From the NCBI GenBank assembly GCA_051546255.1, contig CP128821.1, forward strand, positions 372,001 through 436,000: 64,000 bases of DNA, read 5' to 3'. The notes under the pieces were generated by a model. The model searched no databases and was not told the origin of the DNA. It saw only the letters and a list, made by a program, of their open reading frames with translations. Each line of letters starts with the position of its first letter. The stretch's first letter is position 1. Both the position numbers and the translations under genes were made by a program. This DNA comes from Meyerozyma guilliermondii. Lineage: Eukaryota. Of the stretch, positions 1-11,576 are shown piece by piece.

Positions 1-1775
1 GCAAACGACGTGAAGAACGGTCCAAATAAATACGAGCGTACTTCTTCATCAGTTTCATCGAGCGACCTTTGAAACAAATGGAAGAAGCCCTCATAGTCAA
101 TCGATTCGTGACCGAATATAGTACATGATTTTTTGAATGCTTCAAGTACTATTGATAATGCCTCGATTCTGCACTTGGAGTTTGAGCCGTTAAAGTAAAA
201 ATGATTGAGCACTTTGGCTATGTTGTCCTTGTGAAATGGATTAGCCAGTAGACACAAGGAGTTATCTGAATAGTATTTTAAAACAAAGCTGACATTCGAG
301 TCCAGAATGAGATTGTGTTTTTCCATGAAAAACTCAACAATTCTTTCTTTTGGACAGCTTATTTCGTGATCCTCGTATAACAGCTGTAATGAGATACACA
401 TTGATTTCCAGTAACTTCTATCCTGTTCTGTAGTCACACGAATAACGCTCAAGAGGTCAAACAATGAATGAGTCTGAGAATGCCAAAAGTAAAAAGGAAA
501 TGCCTTACCAACCACGGCGTGGTCAACGTTATTGATCAAAGGCTCAATCGGAGCCTTGGAGAAGATCCTGTCAAACATTCTTAGAATCGCAGTGTTAATT
601 ACAGGGACTTGATGTGTCAAAGCCAGTTTCAAATTGTTGTAAAATTCCGAATGAAACGAGTCGATTCTTTCGTTGTCTTCAATGCAAGACGTCAAGGCAA
701 TCAACTCTAGAATCAGAATGGCTCCTAAGCAAGAAGTCAAGGGTGAATCTCTCTTGATTGTCTTTGCTCCTCCACGGCTGTCACTTGAACGAAGCGAGTG
801 GATATCAGGAATGTTTTGGTTTTTGAACTGTCTCAATTCGGGATTGTTAATGATGGTTAGAACATGGTATACCAATTGAATGGACATTGGTGTTGCGTAG
901 ATGATGTGAATTGTGGACCATATGACTTTGTCTATGTCAGCGCTGATGTTGTAGCAAGAACATAGAACAGAAATCAAATTGGAAAAGACACTAGTGATTA
1001 CAGCACCGCTTTCCACTAGAGCCAAAATTGCCTTAATTGCCTCAAGAATTACCACATCAGCCACAGGTCCCAGGACACAAGTTAGTATATGTAAAAGTAA
1101 CGAGTTAATCGTGTTAGAGTCCAAGATGTGCCCATTGTACCGAAAACAGTTTTGGAGAAATTTTAGAGTTTCAAGAAGCTGTTCTGCTTCGGCACCTTCA
1201 GCACTGCGAGCCTTGTTAAAGTAAGCCAAAGATGCTTCAAAGAACCTTAAAAAGCTCTTGGATTCGTCGTAGACACAAAAGTCATTGACCTCTTTGCCCT
1301 CTCTTGTCAATGCTTTGAGAGCCTGGAGAAAAAGGTCATATTCTGGATCGAGTCTGGCATCAGTGGTAAGGCAGTATTTCATAAGGTCTTTGAGAAAAAC
1401 CAAGTTGTTGCTGACGAAATCGGCATCGTCTGCGTAGATGCACCGTATCATAAGACGAAGACCTGTTCGTCGTATGTGCAGTTGTACATTGGGGCCACAT
1501 AAATCTCGAACCATGTACCATATTTCTGGAATGGAAGAAATTGCAAATTCGTTCAAAGATTTGGCAATCTTCTCGGCAGCTGAAGCACGTTGAGGAAGGC
1601 TTCCCAGAGTCAATTCCTGAAACAACTGCTGTTGGTCTCGGCTTCCGCCAACGACCATGGGATTAATGTGGATGGGTTCATTTTTTATGGAGGTAGTTTT
1701 GAGTGATTTTGTGAGAGACTTGAAGACGTTTCCAAAACCAGAGGGTCTTCCGAACGACGGGTGGTATGTGGACAT
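1..1775 (-). CDS. TSC2: Tuberin (TSC2)-like protein, N-terminal part; runs off the left edge
   Basis: ATG at 1775 begins MSTYHPSFGRPSGFGNVFKSLTKS...SSIPEIWYMVRDLC, resembling fungal tuberin N-termini. The same frame reads as coding at the window edge. Absent from the ORF track, consistent with no stop inside the window. The GAP domain is not visible. Confidence 0.65.
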   Translation of the reverse strand, partial: MSTYHPSFGRPSGFGNVFKSLTKSLKTTSIKNEPIHINPMVVGGSRDQQQLFQELTLGSLPQRASAAEKIAKSLNEFAISSIPEIWYMVRDLCGPNVQLHIRRTGLRLMIRCIYADDADFVSNNLVFLKDLMKYCLTTDARLDPEYDLFLQALKALTREGKEVNDFCVYDESKSFLRFFEASLAYFNKARSAEGAEAEQLLETLKFLQNCFRYNGHILDSNTINSLLLHILTCVLGPVADVVILEAIKAILALVESGAVITSVFSNLISVLCSCYNISADIDKVIWSTIHIIYATPMSIQLVYHVLTIINNPELRQFKNQNIPDIHSLRSSDSRGGAKTIKRDSPLTSCLGAILILELIALTSCIEDNERIDSFHSEFYNNLKLALTHQVPVINTAILRMFDRIFSKAPIEPLINNVDHAVVGKAFPFYFWHSQTHSLFDLLSVIRVTTEQDRSYWKSMCISLQLLYEDHEISCPKERIVEFFMEKHNLILDSNVSFVLKYYSDNSLCLLANPFHKDNIAKVLNHFYFNGSNSKCRIEALSIVLEAFKKSCTIFGHESIDYEGFFHLFQRSLDETDEEVRSYLFGPFFTSF

Positions 1776-1974
1776 GTAATTTTAGGAAGGAATCCTCGAA
1801 TTTGTGTGAAACTTTGTGGGTTCTGTGGAGCTTCTGTGAGATGGAGTTTAAAAATAATTAGGCCCTCGCGCAGAAAAATATGGGGAAAATAAATGTGGGA
1901 AAAGTAATTAAGGGTCTATGCAATGAATTATAAAATGAATTATAAAGTGTGATTTCAAATGTGATTTCAAATGT

Positions 1975-3756
1975 TCAGCACCAGAAGCGATACGTCCTGT
2001 AGTACCATGGTTTAGTGGCTAGTATAGCTCGTTCTTCTTTGAGTTCTTCTTTCAAGGCTTCAAGATCAGTTTCTCTTCTGCCCGTATCAACGTCGATATC
2101 AGCGGCTCTTATGAATAGGATCCAGTTTTTCTTCCACAACTTGTGACCAATGTAGAAAAGAAGTAAAATTACAAATCCCAAATAATTCATGAAGAAGCCC
2201 TCGGCGCTAGGCAGTTCACCAAGTGGAAACAAAGATACCCAGAATTGGGCTATAAGTACAAGAGTGTTGAGTACAGCTCCGTAGATGGACCCAAGGACTC
2301 CTGCCTGCGATTTAAATGCCAATTCGTCGGTTCCTCGTCCTCTTACTTTGAGAGCACGGCGGAACCGAATGTGAGCCAAACACAAACTTAACCAAGTAAA
2401 AATGGAACTGAGTCCCGAGATACTGAGGAGCCAGTCGAACACTTCGCCCTGCTTGCCGCTGGCAGCAATAAAACTCAAAAGTGCAAAGATATTGGTGATT
2501 AGAATAGCCACCAATGGACGTCCAGCCCGATCGACGTACCCCAATATTTTGGGTGCCATACCCTGTTCCGCAAGAGCAGTTATCGTTCTTGAAGTAGCGT
2601 ACACCGACGAAGAGCCAACTGAGATAACCGAGATCAAAATAACAGCATTCATAACCGAGGGTAAACCGCCGATACCTCCATTATTGATTGCAATGACAAA
2701 TGGTGAAGCGGTTATGTCAACGGAGCTGGAACCAAGTAATCTATCGTCTGTAGAAGACACCAAGAAACAGATCAATGTCAACGAAATCATGTAAAACATA
2801 AGAATTCTCCAAAACACCTGCTTGGTAGCCCGCGGTAATGCCTTGCGAGGGTTCTCCGATTCGGCAGCAGTAAGACCCACAAGTTCAGTTCCGCCAAAAG
2901 AGAAAGCTGCCGTTACAAAGACCGACAGAACTCCCTTGAATCCATTGGCAAAGGCTCCAGGATTGTGCCAATATTTCGTTCCCACTGATTTTCCATGGGG
3001 TCCTCCTCCAGCAGCGAGCACGATGGATACAAGAATAAAGCCAATTACGGCAATGACTTTGACAAGCAGAAACACAAACTCTGCCTCACCATATGCCCGG
3101 ACTCCAAAGAGATTAATAGAGCACACAACCACGTAGAATATTAGCACCCATATGTCGGGATTGACACTATTGGTCCAGTATTTCATGGTGATTGAAGCGG
3201 CCACCAATTCCAACGGTAAGAGCACCAAGAACTGGAAAAAGTAGTTCCATGCCACCGCAAACCCAAACGATGGGTCAATAAAACGACTGGCGAAAACATT
3301 GAATGATCCTGATATGGGGTACGCTGACGCCAATTCTCCCATGGCTTGAATTGTGCAAAAAATGGCAGACCCCGTCAATATCCAAGCTATCAAAACTCCA
3401 GCAGGTCCCCCCGTATATAAAGCTTCTCCAGACCCGATGAAAAGTCCTGTGCCGATCGAAGACGAAATAGCAATCATTTGCAAGTGTCTCGATTTGAGCT
3501 TGCGTTGCAACCTTGGTGAGCTAGTTCGAATATTGGCCTTTTCCATATCCGTGAGTCCCTCATATGTCACGTCCACTTCATGGCCATCGTATCTTTTGAA
3601 AGAGTCCTTGAAAGACTTCCATTTATTAACTTTCTCGCTGTGATATGGAGAATGAAAAGTCTGGCTTGAAGACTGGTTCGAAGACTGGCTCGAGGCTCTG
3701 TCTCTAGTACTACCTATTGTGATATCATTTCCCGTTACAGAGTCCTTGGGGTCCAT
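1975..3756 (-). CDS. Yeast amino acid permease (YAT/GAP family)
   Basis: [29 protein letters not shown], multiple TM helices, C-terminal FWC motif. Confidence 0.95.
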   Translation of the reverse strand: MDPKDSVTGNDITIGSTRDRASSQSSNQSSSQTFHSPYHSEKVNKWKSFKDSFKRYDGHEVDVTYEGLTDMEKANIRTSSPRLQRKLKSRHLQMIAISSSIGTGLFIGSGEALYTGGPAGVLIAWILTGSAIFCTIQAMGELASAYPISGSFNVFASRFIDPSFGFAVAWNYFFQFLVLLPLELVAASITMKYWTNSVNPDIWVLIFYVVVCSINLFGVRAYGEAEFVFLLVKVIAVIGFILVSIVLAAGGGPHGKSVGTKYWHNPGAFANGFKGVLSVFVTAAFSFGGTELVGLTAAESENPRKALPRATKQVFWRILMFYMISLTLICFLVSSTDDRLLGSSSVDITASPFVIAINNGGIGGLPSVMNAVILISVISVGSSSVYATSRTITALAEQGMAPKILGYVDRAGRPLVAILITNIFALLSFIAASGKQGEVFDWLLSISGLSSIFTWLSLCLAHIRFRRALKVRGRGTDELAFKSQAGVLGSIYGAVLNTLVLIAQFWVSLFPLGELPSAEGFFMNYLGFVILLLFYIGHKLWKKNWILFIRAADIDVDTGRRETDLEALKEELKEERAILATKPWYYRTYRFWC

Positions 3757-3980
3757 TTCTGTTGCCTCTAGGTCTCTGTTTGTTTGGTTATAACTTTTGA
3801 CTGATTGGTGTCAATGTAGATAAATTCGCTATGACTCCAGATGCAAATTCCATCGTGCGGCGTTAAGGTCGCAGAAAATAGAACGCCGTGCGCAGGAAAA
3901 CGGCACCAATGTAGTAGATCACAAGAAACAGTTACCTAATCATAAACCATCATTTAAAGCTATATCCGCTTCTCTATTCG

Positions 3981-5309
3981 TCAACCGTAAATCAAGTCTA
4001 CGACAAAACAAAAGACTCCACCCCAGGTGACCTTCTGTAGTAATTTTCTCAACCACACTGGTCGAATCATCAAAAAAATGTTGCCGCAATTGTACCCTTC
4101 ACTCTCAACACCTATTCCCCATTTAATATTTCTCCTAATATTGCACCCACTCCAGAAATTCCACCACTTGTGTCTTTCGCAAGGACTGAGTCTCACAAGG
4201 TTCTTCATCAATGGCCCATGGGGCCCGTCTATATGCTTATGACCCCCAATAAGCGAGTACTGCTGGCGTGGGTCATCGGAGGGTAATTGTTTGTCTCCCC
4301 AATGTCCTGTGAATGAAAGCCAATTGCCGTAGCGTTCTTCACGTCCGACATGGGCTTTGTTGGAGTTGTTTTTTGCGGGATACACGAACTCTCCGTCGTA
4401 GGAGTATGCCAAGTAGTTTTTGGTTGGATTCCAAAGGGGCCCTCTATCGGTGAAATCCGAAAGTATGGCGTACGGCAAATCGTGAGGATGCTGGCCTACC
4501 GAGGGATAGTTGGCATGTGTGCCTCGAGCAGAAAAAATGACGGGATGATTGGGATCGAGTTCCCATTTCTCTAGATGTTCGTAGAAGAACGCACCACCCC
4601 CTCCATGAGCCGACATCCACACAATAATGGGTTTGCCTTTGTAATACCTGACGAGCGAGTGTTCCCAATCACCAACGTGGTTACCGTAGGGACCGGAGCC
4701 CATCACGAAGGGCCCCAAGTTAAACGAATAGAAGTAAAACCAAAACGCATCCACCCAGCCATTACCTTTGTCAACTACGATCAACGTGGCTGGAGCGTCC
4801 TTTATCTCGCCATCGATGAGCGACGGTTTGTTGTGCGACCCGGTAATCCACTCCGGGTCGGTGTTGAAGTCCGTATTTGAACTAAGATACAAATCGGGGA
4901 GTCTAGGAAGTTCCTCCAACGTATCGATCGAGCACCCGTGCTCCGTGCCCTCGATTATCGTTCCGTTATCGTACTCAGCGTGAAGATGCCTCACAAACTT
5001 TTTGATGTCGTATGGAAGGTATCTTTCCTCACTGTACAAGTGAACTAAAGGAGCATAATCTAAAATGTAGTCTGGAATTTCGCCCAACTCCAATGTTCGC
5101 TGGCTTTTCTTGGGCATACTGATGATTGGTGGAAGGTTTCCGTAGCTAGTTGGCGATTTTAAAAAGTTATCCATGTTGAAGTCCTCATTGTTTATGGTGT
5201 TCAAGATGTAGCTTTCCTGAGCTTCCCATCTAGTGGCAGAAACAAGGCTTATTATGCAAGCTAGGTGGGCGAAAGCCCCCAAAAGCATCTCCTGGCGGAG
5301 AAATAACAT
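3981..5309 (-). CDS. Vps62/Tda6-like protein
   Basis: YAPLVHLYSEERYLP, FWFYFYSFNLGP, GNHVGDWEH, ARGTHANY motifs; N-terminal signal-like segment. Confidence 0.85.
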   Translation of the reverse strand: MLFLRQEMLLGAFAHLACIISLVSATRWEAQESYILNTINNEDFNMDNFLKSPTSYGNLPPIISMPKKSQRTLELGEIPDYILDYAPLVHLYSEERYLPYDIKKFVRHLHAEYDNGTIIEGTEHGCSIDTLEELPRLPDLYLSSNTDFNTDPEWITGSHNKPSLIDGEIKDAPATLIVVDKGNGWVDAFWFYFYSFNLGPFVMGSGPYGNHVGDWEHSLVRYYKGKPIIVWMSAHGGGGAFFYEHLEKWELDPNHPVIFSARGTHANYPSVGQHPHDLPYAILSDFTDRGPLWNPTKNYLAYSYDGEFVYPAKNNSNKAHVGREERYGNWLSFTGHWGDKQLPSDDPRQQYSLIGGHKHIDGPHGPLMKNLVRLSPCERHKWWNFWSGCNIRRNIKWGIGVESEGYNCGNIFLMIRPVWLRKLLQKVTWGGVFCFVVDLIYG

Positions 5310-5487
5310 GTAATTTTGAGATAAAAAAGGTGAGAGGAAGAAACGGCAATCGTGAGCTTATCAATGACAGCTGCGAACTGTGGGTGCGAATGGGTGGGGT
5401 GCAGGAACGAGGGCGAGGGTCCATTCGCACCCGCTGCACCCAGAATAAAGGCACTACAATCTATCGGTGATCTATAGTAACTATTAT

Positions 5488-6342
5488 CTAGAAAACAAAA
5501 ACCTTGTCGCCCAACTTGGACACTGGTCTGGCCTTGGGGTACCCAAGAGTGACGGCGTTCTTTTTCATGGCGCTGATCATGGGTGGGGGACCACATAATA
5601 ATAAGTAACCATCTTGGTCCTTGTTGGGTAAATGCTTCTCCATTATTTCCGGTGTAACAAATCCGACACTGCCGTTCCAGTTCTCGGGAGCGTTGTTCAA
5701 AACGTAGTGCACCTTGAATCTGTCGGGGTGTTCCTTGGCAAACAAGTCCAATTCGGCTCTCAACAAAATATCCTCTTCAGTAACATTAGCATACACCAAA
5801 GAGATCTTAGTCTTATCATCCGGGTTGGTCAAAATAGCAGTTAAAACCTGGTACATTGGAGCGATACCAGTACCTCCGGCAATCATGCCCAAGTGTTCAA
5901 CCATGTTAGGGGTGTAAGTGAAGAAACCTTTTGGTCCTCTGACTTCAATGTGGTCTCCAACAGACTTACTGTCCACATGACGCGAAATGTTACCTTGCTC
6001 GTACGTCTTGATGAGCAAATCAAAGTAACCCAACTCGTCATCTCTAGAAATAGGAGTGTACGATCTCACCACTTCCTTTCCATTGATGGTGGCCCCAATG
6101 GAGATGTGCTGGCCAATGGGCAAGCCAAGACGATCGGTGGACTTGGGCAAACCAAAACGGTAAATACAAGTGTTGTGGGAGAGTCTAGTCTTCTCGATCA
6201 ATGGGAATTTTTGAAACACATCAGGTTTCAAAACAGGACCATTTTTCTTGTTGAGTTTAACAACGTACACGGCCACGGCGGCCAAAATGATGGCGGCAAG
6301 GGTGGAGAAGATGACCAAAGGGTTGGGTTCGTTTTGCGACAT
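5488..6342 (-). CDS. CBR1: NADH-cytochrome b5 reductase
   Basis: N-terminal membrane anchor, [32 protein letters not shown]. Confidence 0.93.
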   Translation of the reverse strand: MSQNEPNPLVIFSTLAAIILAAVAVYVVKLNKKNGPVLKPDVFQKFPLIEKTRLSHNTCIYRFGLPKSTDRLGLPIGQHISIGATINGKEVVRSYTPISRDDELGYFDLLIKTYEQGNISRHVDSKSVGDHIEVRGPKGFFTYTPNMVEHLGMIAGGTGIAPMYQVLTAILTNPDDKTKISLVYANVTEEDILLRAELDLFAKEHPDRFKVHYVLNNAPENWNGSVGFVTPEIMEKHLPNKDQDGYLLLCGPPPMISAMKKNAVTLGYPKARPVSKLGDKVFVF

Positions 6343-6693
6343 GGAATTGATGTGGAGGTGGAAGTTGAGATTTAAAGTAGCTCGTGAATTTTCAGGCGTG
6401 CGCGCACCGCCGCGGCCACTTGGTGGGGTCCGGCTCGGGAACTACGAACTAAGAGCGGTAATGATTTGCGACCAAATCTGGATCTGTAAGTGGGGCTGAG
6501 AAGAGAAGAGGAGGTTGATCATTGTAGAGCTGTGAGTTGCCGAGACAACAATTTTCTTCATTAATTAGTTTACATAGTTTTGACATGTGATCGCAGTCCC
6601 ATGTGATCAGAGCTGAAAATTGCAACATTAAGATGAACATCGAATTGCAAAAATCGCAACAAAAAAATTGCAAAAAAAATCTTGCAACTTTTT

Positions 6694-8499
6694 TCAGTTC
6701 TCTTCCTCTGCCTCCTCCTCTCCTTGGACGTTCCATTGACACGAAATGTCCCACCTTGACCCTTTGGCATTGACGCTCACATATTTTACAAACTTCAACA
6801 CTGTAGGGTCTCGCAACATGAGACACAAGGTGTTCCATTGACATTGGCCTGTATAGAGAACGCTGCTGTCATCGTTTCCGCCTCTATATATGGCAGGATC
6901 GTCTTCGTCTTGTTCGTCGTCGTTGTGCATGCACAACTCGTAGCCTCCAAATTCTCCCAGAGCCCAGGTTTTGGAATTTGCAGCCGTTGGTGTGAGGTTG
7001 AAAGTCGCTTCTAGAAGAAGATTGAGCTCATTTTCTCGCGCTAGGTCCTTTTCTGTGGTTGTAGCAAGTATGAAATCGTGGCCTGGTCTGAATCTTCGGG
7101 CTAAAACTTGATCACTAGTAGGAACGAGACCGGTGACTTGCACGAGCCATTTGCGAAAAGCTCTAGATTTGATAAATGATGAAATTTCGCATAACTTTCG
7201 GTCTGTGTCGCTCAATTGATGTGCTTGGCTGGTCACTGAGAAGTTTGGAGCCTCGCTGGGGCCAATGGCATTCGCAAATTTGACACCTTTTTCTGACATG
7301 TCCAATGTGGATGTTCCGTCTATGTACATGTAACGCTGCTTGTGTGGGGGAACCGCACATTTCCATGGAAATTGAATGTCCTTGGAAGTTTGGGGAGTAT
7401 CAGTCTCGAGCTCGGTATGTCTTAGAGACCTATGGAGAACTTTTGCATATTCTGCGTTGAAAATATTGGTCAATTCCACAATGGATTCGTCGAGAAATGT
7501 GGTTTGCAATCTTTCCAAGTTTCCAGGTTTCAAGTACTCAACATTCAAAAACTTCGATAAGTACTCCGTCTCATCAGCAGATAGCGTCTTCTTCTCTAGC
7601 AAGGTTTCAACTTCCAATGGTGAAAAATCGTTTCTGACAGGTTTGGGAAAATCGTACTCTTGAAGTTCTTTGCTTTGCAATTGCTGAAGAGTACTGCGTG
7701 CTTCAGTGGCCTCCTGCTCACCCTTAACGTACCCTGGCTCGCCTGGTTGGGGGATATGGAACCAGCCTTGAATGGAGAGTCGCTGTCTATCTTCCCTCAC
7801 TTCTTCAACATCATGAAAAGAAAGACCTGGTTGGACTGTGAAAAATGCAATTTGGTTGAACTGAGGCACAAGTTTAGCCAGATAATCGGTATGGGGTACG
7901 TTTGGGACCACAGCAGGAAACAAACGAAGGGCACCGCCATAGGATGGTTTCCATTTTTTTCCAGGTTCGGGAAGATATAATATGAAACTCAAGCGACGGG
8001 ACCCAATTACGTCGTCGTGGGTCAATAAATGGCACCCTTTATTGTAGGTGTTAATAGACATATCTGTCTTCAAGCCACTCAATTTGCCACACTTGGTGAC
8101 TCCAGAAATCATGTCTCGAAATTCTTCGGAATATATGGCGGCTCGAAGCTTATAAAGTGATGGTAACCTCGACAAGTCGTCCCAGTTGAGACCTGATAGA
8201 TTGGCTAGATCGCCAGACTGGAAAACTTTGTATATATCTGTCTCCTTTTTTGTGAACGCTATCTCCAGCAACACCTCATTTCGAACGTTTTTCAATAACT
8301 GGGGGTCCATCAAGTCGGTGATAGTTCCCCATCGGTACGGTTGACTCAGACTCACTTGCGATTCGAGCTGCGACTGGAATTTTTCATCCCACAATTTTTG
8401 GTTGAAGAACTCTTTGATTTCAGACGAGGTGTACTCGGCGGGCTTGTCTACATGGTTTCTTTTGGCGGACCCATTCTCCGAGTCGGTTTTCCTTTTCAT
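6694..8499 (-). CDS. TPA1: Fe(II)/2-oxoglutarate prolyl hydroxylase Tpa1/Ofd1
   Basis: KETDIYKVFQSGDLAN, HLLTHDDVIGSR, SFHDVEEV, RLSIQGWFH. Likely start MKRKTD at 8499; the ORF-track extension to 8808 overlaps HOM3. Confidence 0.93.
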   Translation of the reverse strand: MKRKTDSENGSAKRNHVDKPAEYTSSEIKEFFNQKLWDEKFQSQLESQVSLSQPYRWGTITDLMDPQLLKNVRNEVLLEIAFTKKETDIYKVFQSGDLANLSGLNWDDLSRLPSLYKLRAAIYSEEFRDMISGVTKCGKLSGLKTDMSINTYNKGCHLLTHDDVIGSRRLSFILYLPEPGKKWKPSYGGALRLFPAVVPNVPHTDYLAKLVPQFNQIAFFTVQPGLSFHDVEEVREDRQRLSIQGWFHIPQPGEPGYVKGEQEATEARSTLQQLQSKELQEYDFPKPVRNDFSPLEVETLLEKKTLSADETEYLSKFLNVEYLKPGNLERLQTTFLDESIVELTNIFNAEYAKVLHRSLRHTELETDTPQTSKDIQFPWKCAVPPHKQRYMYIDGTSTLDMSEKGVKFANAIGPSEAPNFSVTSQAHQLSDTDRKLCEISSFIKSRAFRKWLVQVTGLVPTSDQVLARRFRPGHDFILATTTEKDLARENELNLLLEATFNLTPTAANSKTWALGEFGGYELCMHNDDEQDEDDPAIYRGGNDDSSVLYTGQCQWNTLCLMLRDPTVLKFVKYVSVNAKGSRWDISCQWNVQGEEEAEEEN

Positions 8500-8608
8500 G
8501 GTTTGATGTCGTACCACCGCGATGAGCCCATTCCGGTGTGTGGAGGAGCACAAATGATTTGGAGAACCTGCACATGCGGCTCCGATTCCGGCGCCTGAAT
8601 TTTCACTC

Positions 8609-8615
8609 TGACTCA
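8609..8615 (+). promoter_or_regulatory. Gcn4-type site TGACTCA in the TPA1/HOM3 divergent promoter
   Basis: Perfect TGACTCA just upstream of TATATAA (8623) and about 50 nt before the HOM3 ATG. Confidence 0.7.
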
Positions 8616-8665
8616 CAAGCCTTATATAACCACCACTCCCACCCATATTCTTCACGAAATAATAG

Positions 8666-10252
8666 ATGTCAGATCTACAACTGTCGTACAACTCGGTGCT
8701 AGACCTCCAGGCCAAGAACAATGGCTGGGTGATCCAGAAATACGGTGGTACTTCCGTGGGAAAATTTCCAGAAAAGATTGTAAATGATATTGTCAAGGAA
8801 TTTGCCAACCACCACCGCGTGGCTGTTGTGTGTTCTGCCAGATCCTCTCACACTAAGAGTGAGGGCACAACCTCTCGTCTTTTGAAAGCGGCTGACGTGG
8901 CCTATGATAATGGTGATTACAAAACGTTGCTTGATGTTATCGAAGACGACCACGTTCAGAATGCCCAAAAATACATACACGACTCTGAGATACTACAGAA
9001 GCTCATAGTTGATACCAAGAAAGAGATAGCAAGAGGCGAGGAGTTGCTCAAGGCGTCACAGGTGATTGGAGAAATCTCCCCACGGACCCTTGATTCTATC
9101 ATGTCACTTGGTGAAAAATTGTCATGTTTGTTCATGGCGGCATTGATGGAAGACCATGGTTTGAGATCTGCCTATATTGACTTGTCCAACATCATTCCCT
9201 TGGACTATGACTTCAATAATGGTTTTGACGACAACTTCTACAAGTTCTTATCGAAAGAGCTTGGTAGTCGTGTAAGCAACTTGGACGACGATGTCATCCC
9301 CGTGCTCACTGGTTACTTTGGTGTGGTTCCCGGAGGCTTGCTTAATGGCGTGGGCAGAGGATACACTGATCTTTGTGCCGCTTTGGTGGCTGTGGGAGTT
9401 CAGGCTGACGAATTGCAAGTATGGAAAGAAGTGGATGGAATATTCACCGCAGACCCTCGTAAGGTTCCAAATGCCAGACTTCTCGAGAGTGTGACACCTG
9501 AGGAAGCAGCAGAACTCACCTATTATGGATCCGAAGTCATACATCCATTTACCATGGAACAAGTCATAAAAGCCAAAATTCCCATCAGAATCAAAAATGT
9601 TGATAATCCTGCTGGTCCTGGTACCATCATTTTTCCTGATAACATTGCCAGAAGAGGAGAGGAAACTCCTCCACATCCTCCAGCCGCTTATGAGACTCTT
9701 CCTTCATCTTACATTGCATCCCACGCTAAACGTTCTGCCACAGCCATCACCGCCAAACTGGACATTGTCGTCATAAATATTCACTCCAACAAGAAAACGT
9801 TGTCTCATGGTTTCTTGGCACATATCTTTACCACTCTCGACAACTACAAATTGGTAGTTGACTTGATATCTACGTCGGAAGTTCATGTTTCCATGGCACT
9901 TCAAATCCAACCAGATCAAGAACATCAGCTCAAAAATGCAATTCTCGAGTTGCGTAAAATGGGTACACTTGACGTTACCAGAAACATGGCTATTGTCTCC
10001 TTGGTAGGAAAGCAATTGGTCAATTTCATCGGCATCGCAGGAAATATGTTCAAGGTTCTCGCCGATGAGCGCATCAATATTGAAATGATTTCTCAGGGTG
10101 CCAACGAAATTAACATTTCAGCAGTTATCAATACTAAAGATACCATACGGGCACTTCAGTCAATTCATGCCAAACTCTTGGAAGGACGCTACGTTGACGA
10201 AGGATCCAGTCCCGTAGACTTGCGACTCGAAGCATTGAAGGTTCAGAACTAG
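8666..10252 (+). CDS. HOM3: Aspartokinase
   Basis: VIQKYGGTSVG, GRGYTDL, WKEVDGIFTADPR, C-terminal ACT domains. Confidence 0.97.
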   Translation: MSDLQLSYNSVLDLQAKNNGWVIQKYGGTSVGKFPEKIVNDIVKEFANHHRVAVVCSARSSHTKSEGTTSRLLKAADVAYDNGDYKTLLDVIEDDHVQNAQKYIHDSEILQKLIVDTKKEIARGEELLKASQVIGEISPRTLDSIMSLGEKLSCLFMAALMEDHGLRSAYIDLSNIIPLDYDFNNGFDDNFYKFLSKELGSRVSNLDDDVIPVLTGYFGVVPGGLLNGVGRGYTDLCAALVAVGVQADELQVWKEVDGIFTADPRKVPNARLLESVTPEEAAELTYYGSEVIHPFTMEQVIKAKIPIRIKNVDNPAGPGTIIFPDNIARRGEETPPHPPAAYETLPSSYIASHAKRSATAITAKLDIVVINIHSNKKTLSHGFLAHIFTTLDNYKLVVDLISTSEVHVSMALQIQPDQEHQLKNAILELRKMGTLDVTRNMAIVSLVGKQLVNFIGIAGNMFKVLADERINIEMISQGANEINISAVINTKDTIRALQSIHAKLLEGRYVDEGSSPVDLRLEALKVQN

Positions 10253-10261
10253 AGAAGCAAA

Positions 10262-10345
10262 TGTACATAGAAAATGTCATAGAAAAGTCATAGAAAAGTC
10301 ATAGAAAAAGTCATAGAAATGACATAGAAAATGTTATAGAAATGT
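10262..10345. repeat. Degenerate 10-12 bp tandem repeat (GTCATAGAAAA) between the convergent HOM3 and GVP36 3' ends
   Basis: Multiple consecutive catagaaaa(a/t)gt units. Confidence 0.8.
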
Positions 10346-10379
10346 CATAGAGAGTCACATAGAGAATCGTAATCATTTA

Positions 10380-11354
10380 TCAAATATCAAATTCTCCGGA
10401 TTCACGACTACTTCTGTTGGCATCCGACTTCTTCTGGTTCTCTTCAACCAACTTGTCAAAGTCACTCACCATCGCACCCAACAACTCGGCAGCCACCTTG
10501 TGGTACGCCAATTGCGCCTTGATAAGCTCATGAAACTCCTCCAATGGTTTAGCATTCTCCAACACATTCTGCATGATGTTGATAGCGTCTTCAACGGTGT
10601 TGGCAAATTCATCCTCGGCGTTCTCCATTATTACTCTCAATTGTGGCTCCTTGGTGGCATTGGTGCTACTGGACAAGTTGGCACGAGCCATATCGTAGTC
10701 AATTCGCTTCTGTTCCACCTTCTTCTGGATATTGTTACTCTGGCTTATGAGTTGGCGCAACGTCGACAGAAGAGGTTTGTTGAATTTGGACGTGATCAAT
10801 TGGTCCTGTCCCAATCTGGCGTTGGCAATCTTGTTGATTCCGCCCGAATACAAGTCCAATGCCTTCACCAAATGATCGTCCTGGTTTTCTGGTGATTTGT
10901 TGGTCAAAACCGATGCGTCGGTCGCACGGGCCAATGCGTGGTACAACGTCTTTGGAGGCTTGAACTCGCCAGTGGTTGGGTTAATAAGCGCCGCTTGGGC
11001 CTCAGCGGGGGTTGTGGCTTTGGATAAATTGGATACTCTACTGGAGATGTTCTTTCCAAAGTCGGTGAAGGATTCTTGTAAATTTGTGGGATAATCGTAG
11101 CTCTCGTTTTCGTAGTTAGAAGTAACCTTCAACACGTTCTTATACAACTTTTCGATATTGTTGCATCTCTCAGCTAATTCGAGATATTCACTAGGTAATT
11201 GACTGATTTCATCCACGTTGATTTTCCCCATTTTCTCCTGAACAATTCTGGAGGTTCTCTGAGCAAATGGAAGAATCTCGCTGTTGAACTCATTGCCCAA
11301 CTTGTCGCCGAGCGACTTTAAGTCTTTGGTGAAGTTGGAAAAGTTGAACGACAT
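10380..11354 (-). CDS. GVP36: BAR-domain Golgi vesicle protein
   Basis: ISQLPSEYLELA, YENESYDYPTNLQES, PKTLYHALARA. Likely start MSFNFSNF at 11354. Confidence 0.88.
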   Translation of the reverse strand: MSFNFSNFTKDLKSLGDKLGNEFNSEILPFAQRTSRIVQEKMGKINVDEISQLPSEYLELAERCNNIEKLYKNVLKVTSNYENESYDYPTNLQESFTDFGKNISSRVSNLSKATTPAEAQAALINPTTGEFKPPKTLYHALARATDASVLTNKSPENQDDHLVKALDLYSGGINKIANARLGQDQLITSKFNKPLLSTLRQLISQSNNIQKKVEQKRIDYDMARANLSSSTNATKEPQLRVIMENAEDEFANTVEDAINIMQNVLENAKPLEEFHELIKAQLAYHKVAAELLGAMVSDFDKLVEENQKKSDANRSSRESGEFDI

Positions 11355-11576
11355 CGTGGTTAAAGTTGGCGTTCGTCTCCGTGCGAGTTCTTGCGGTGTG
11401 ACTATCGGTGCACGGCTGCGCGAGTAGCACGTAGAGCACATAAAGAGTGGCAGAGTGAAACAACAGAAGAAAGCAGGAGAAAGCAGAAGGGTAGACAAGA
11501 AGAAGGGTAGAAGGTAGACAGTCGTATTAGAGGTTATAGTGGTGTATCCAATTGAAGACAGTTATCATATGCTCTA

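Noticed and set aside
8500..8808. N-terminal extension of the TPA1 ORF overlapping HOM3
   Set aside because: Non-ATG start crossing the promoter and antisense to the HOM3 CDS; homology begins after the ATG at 8499.
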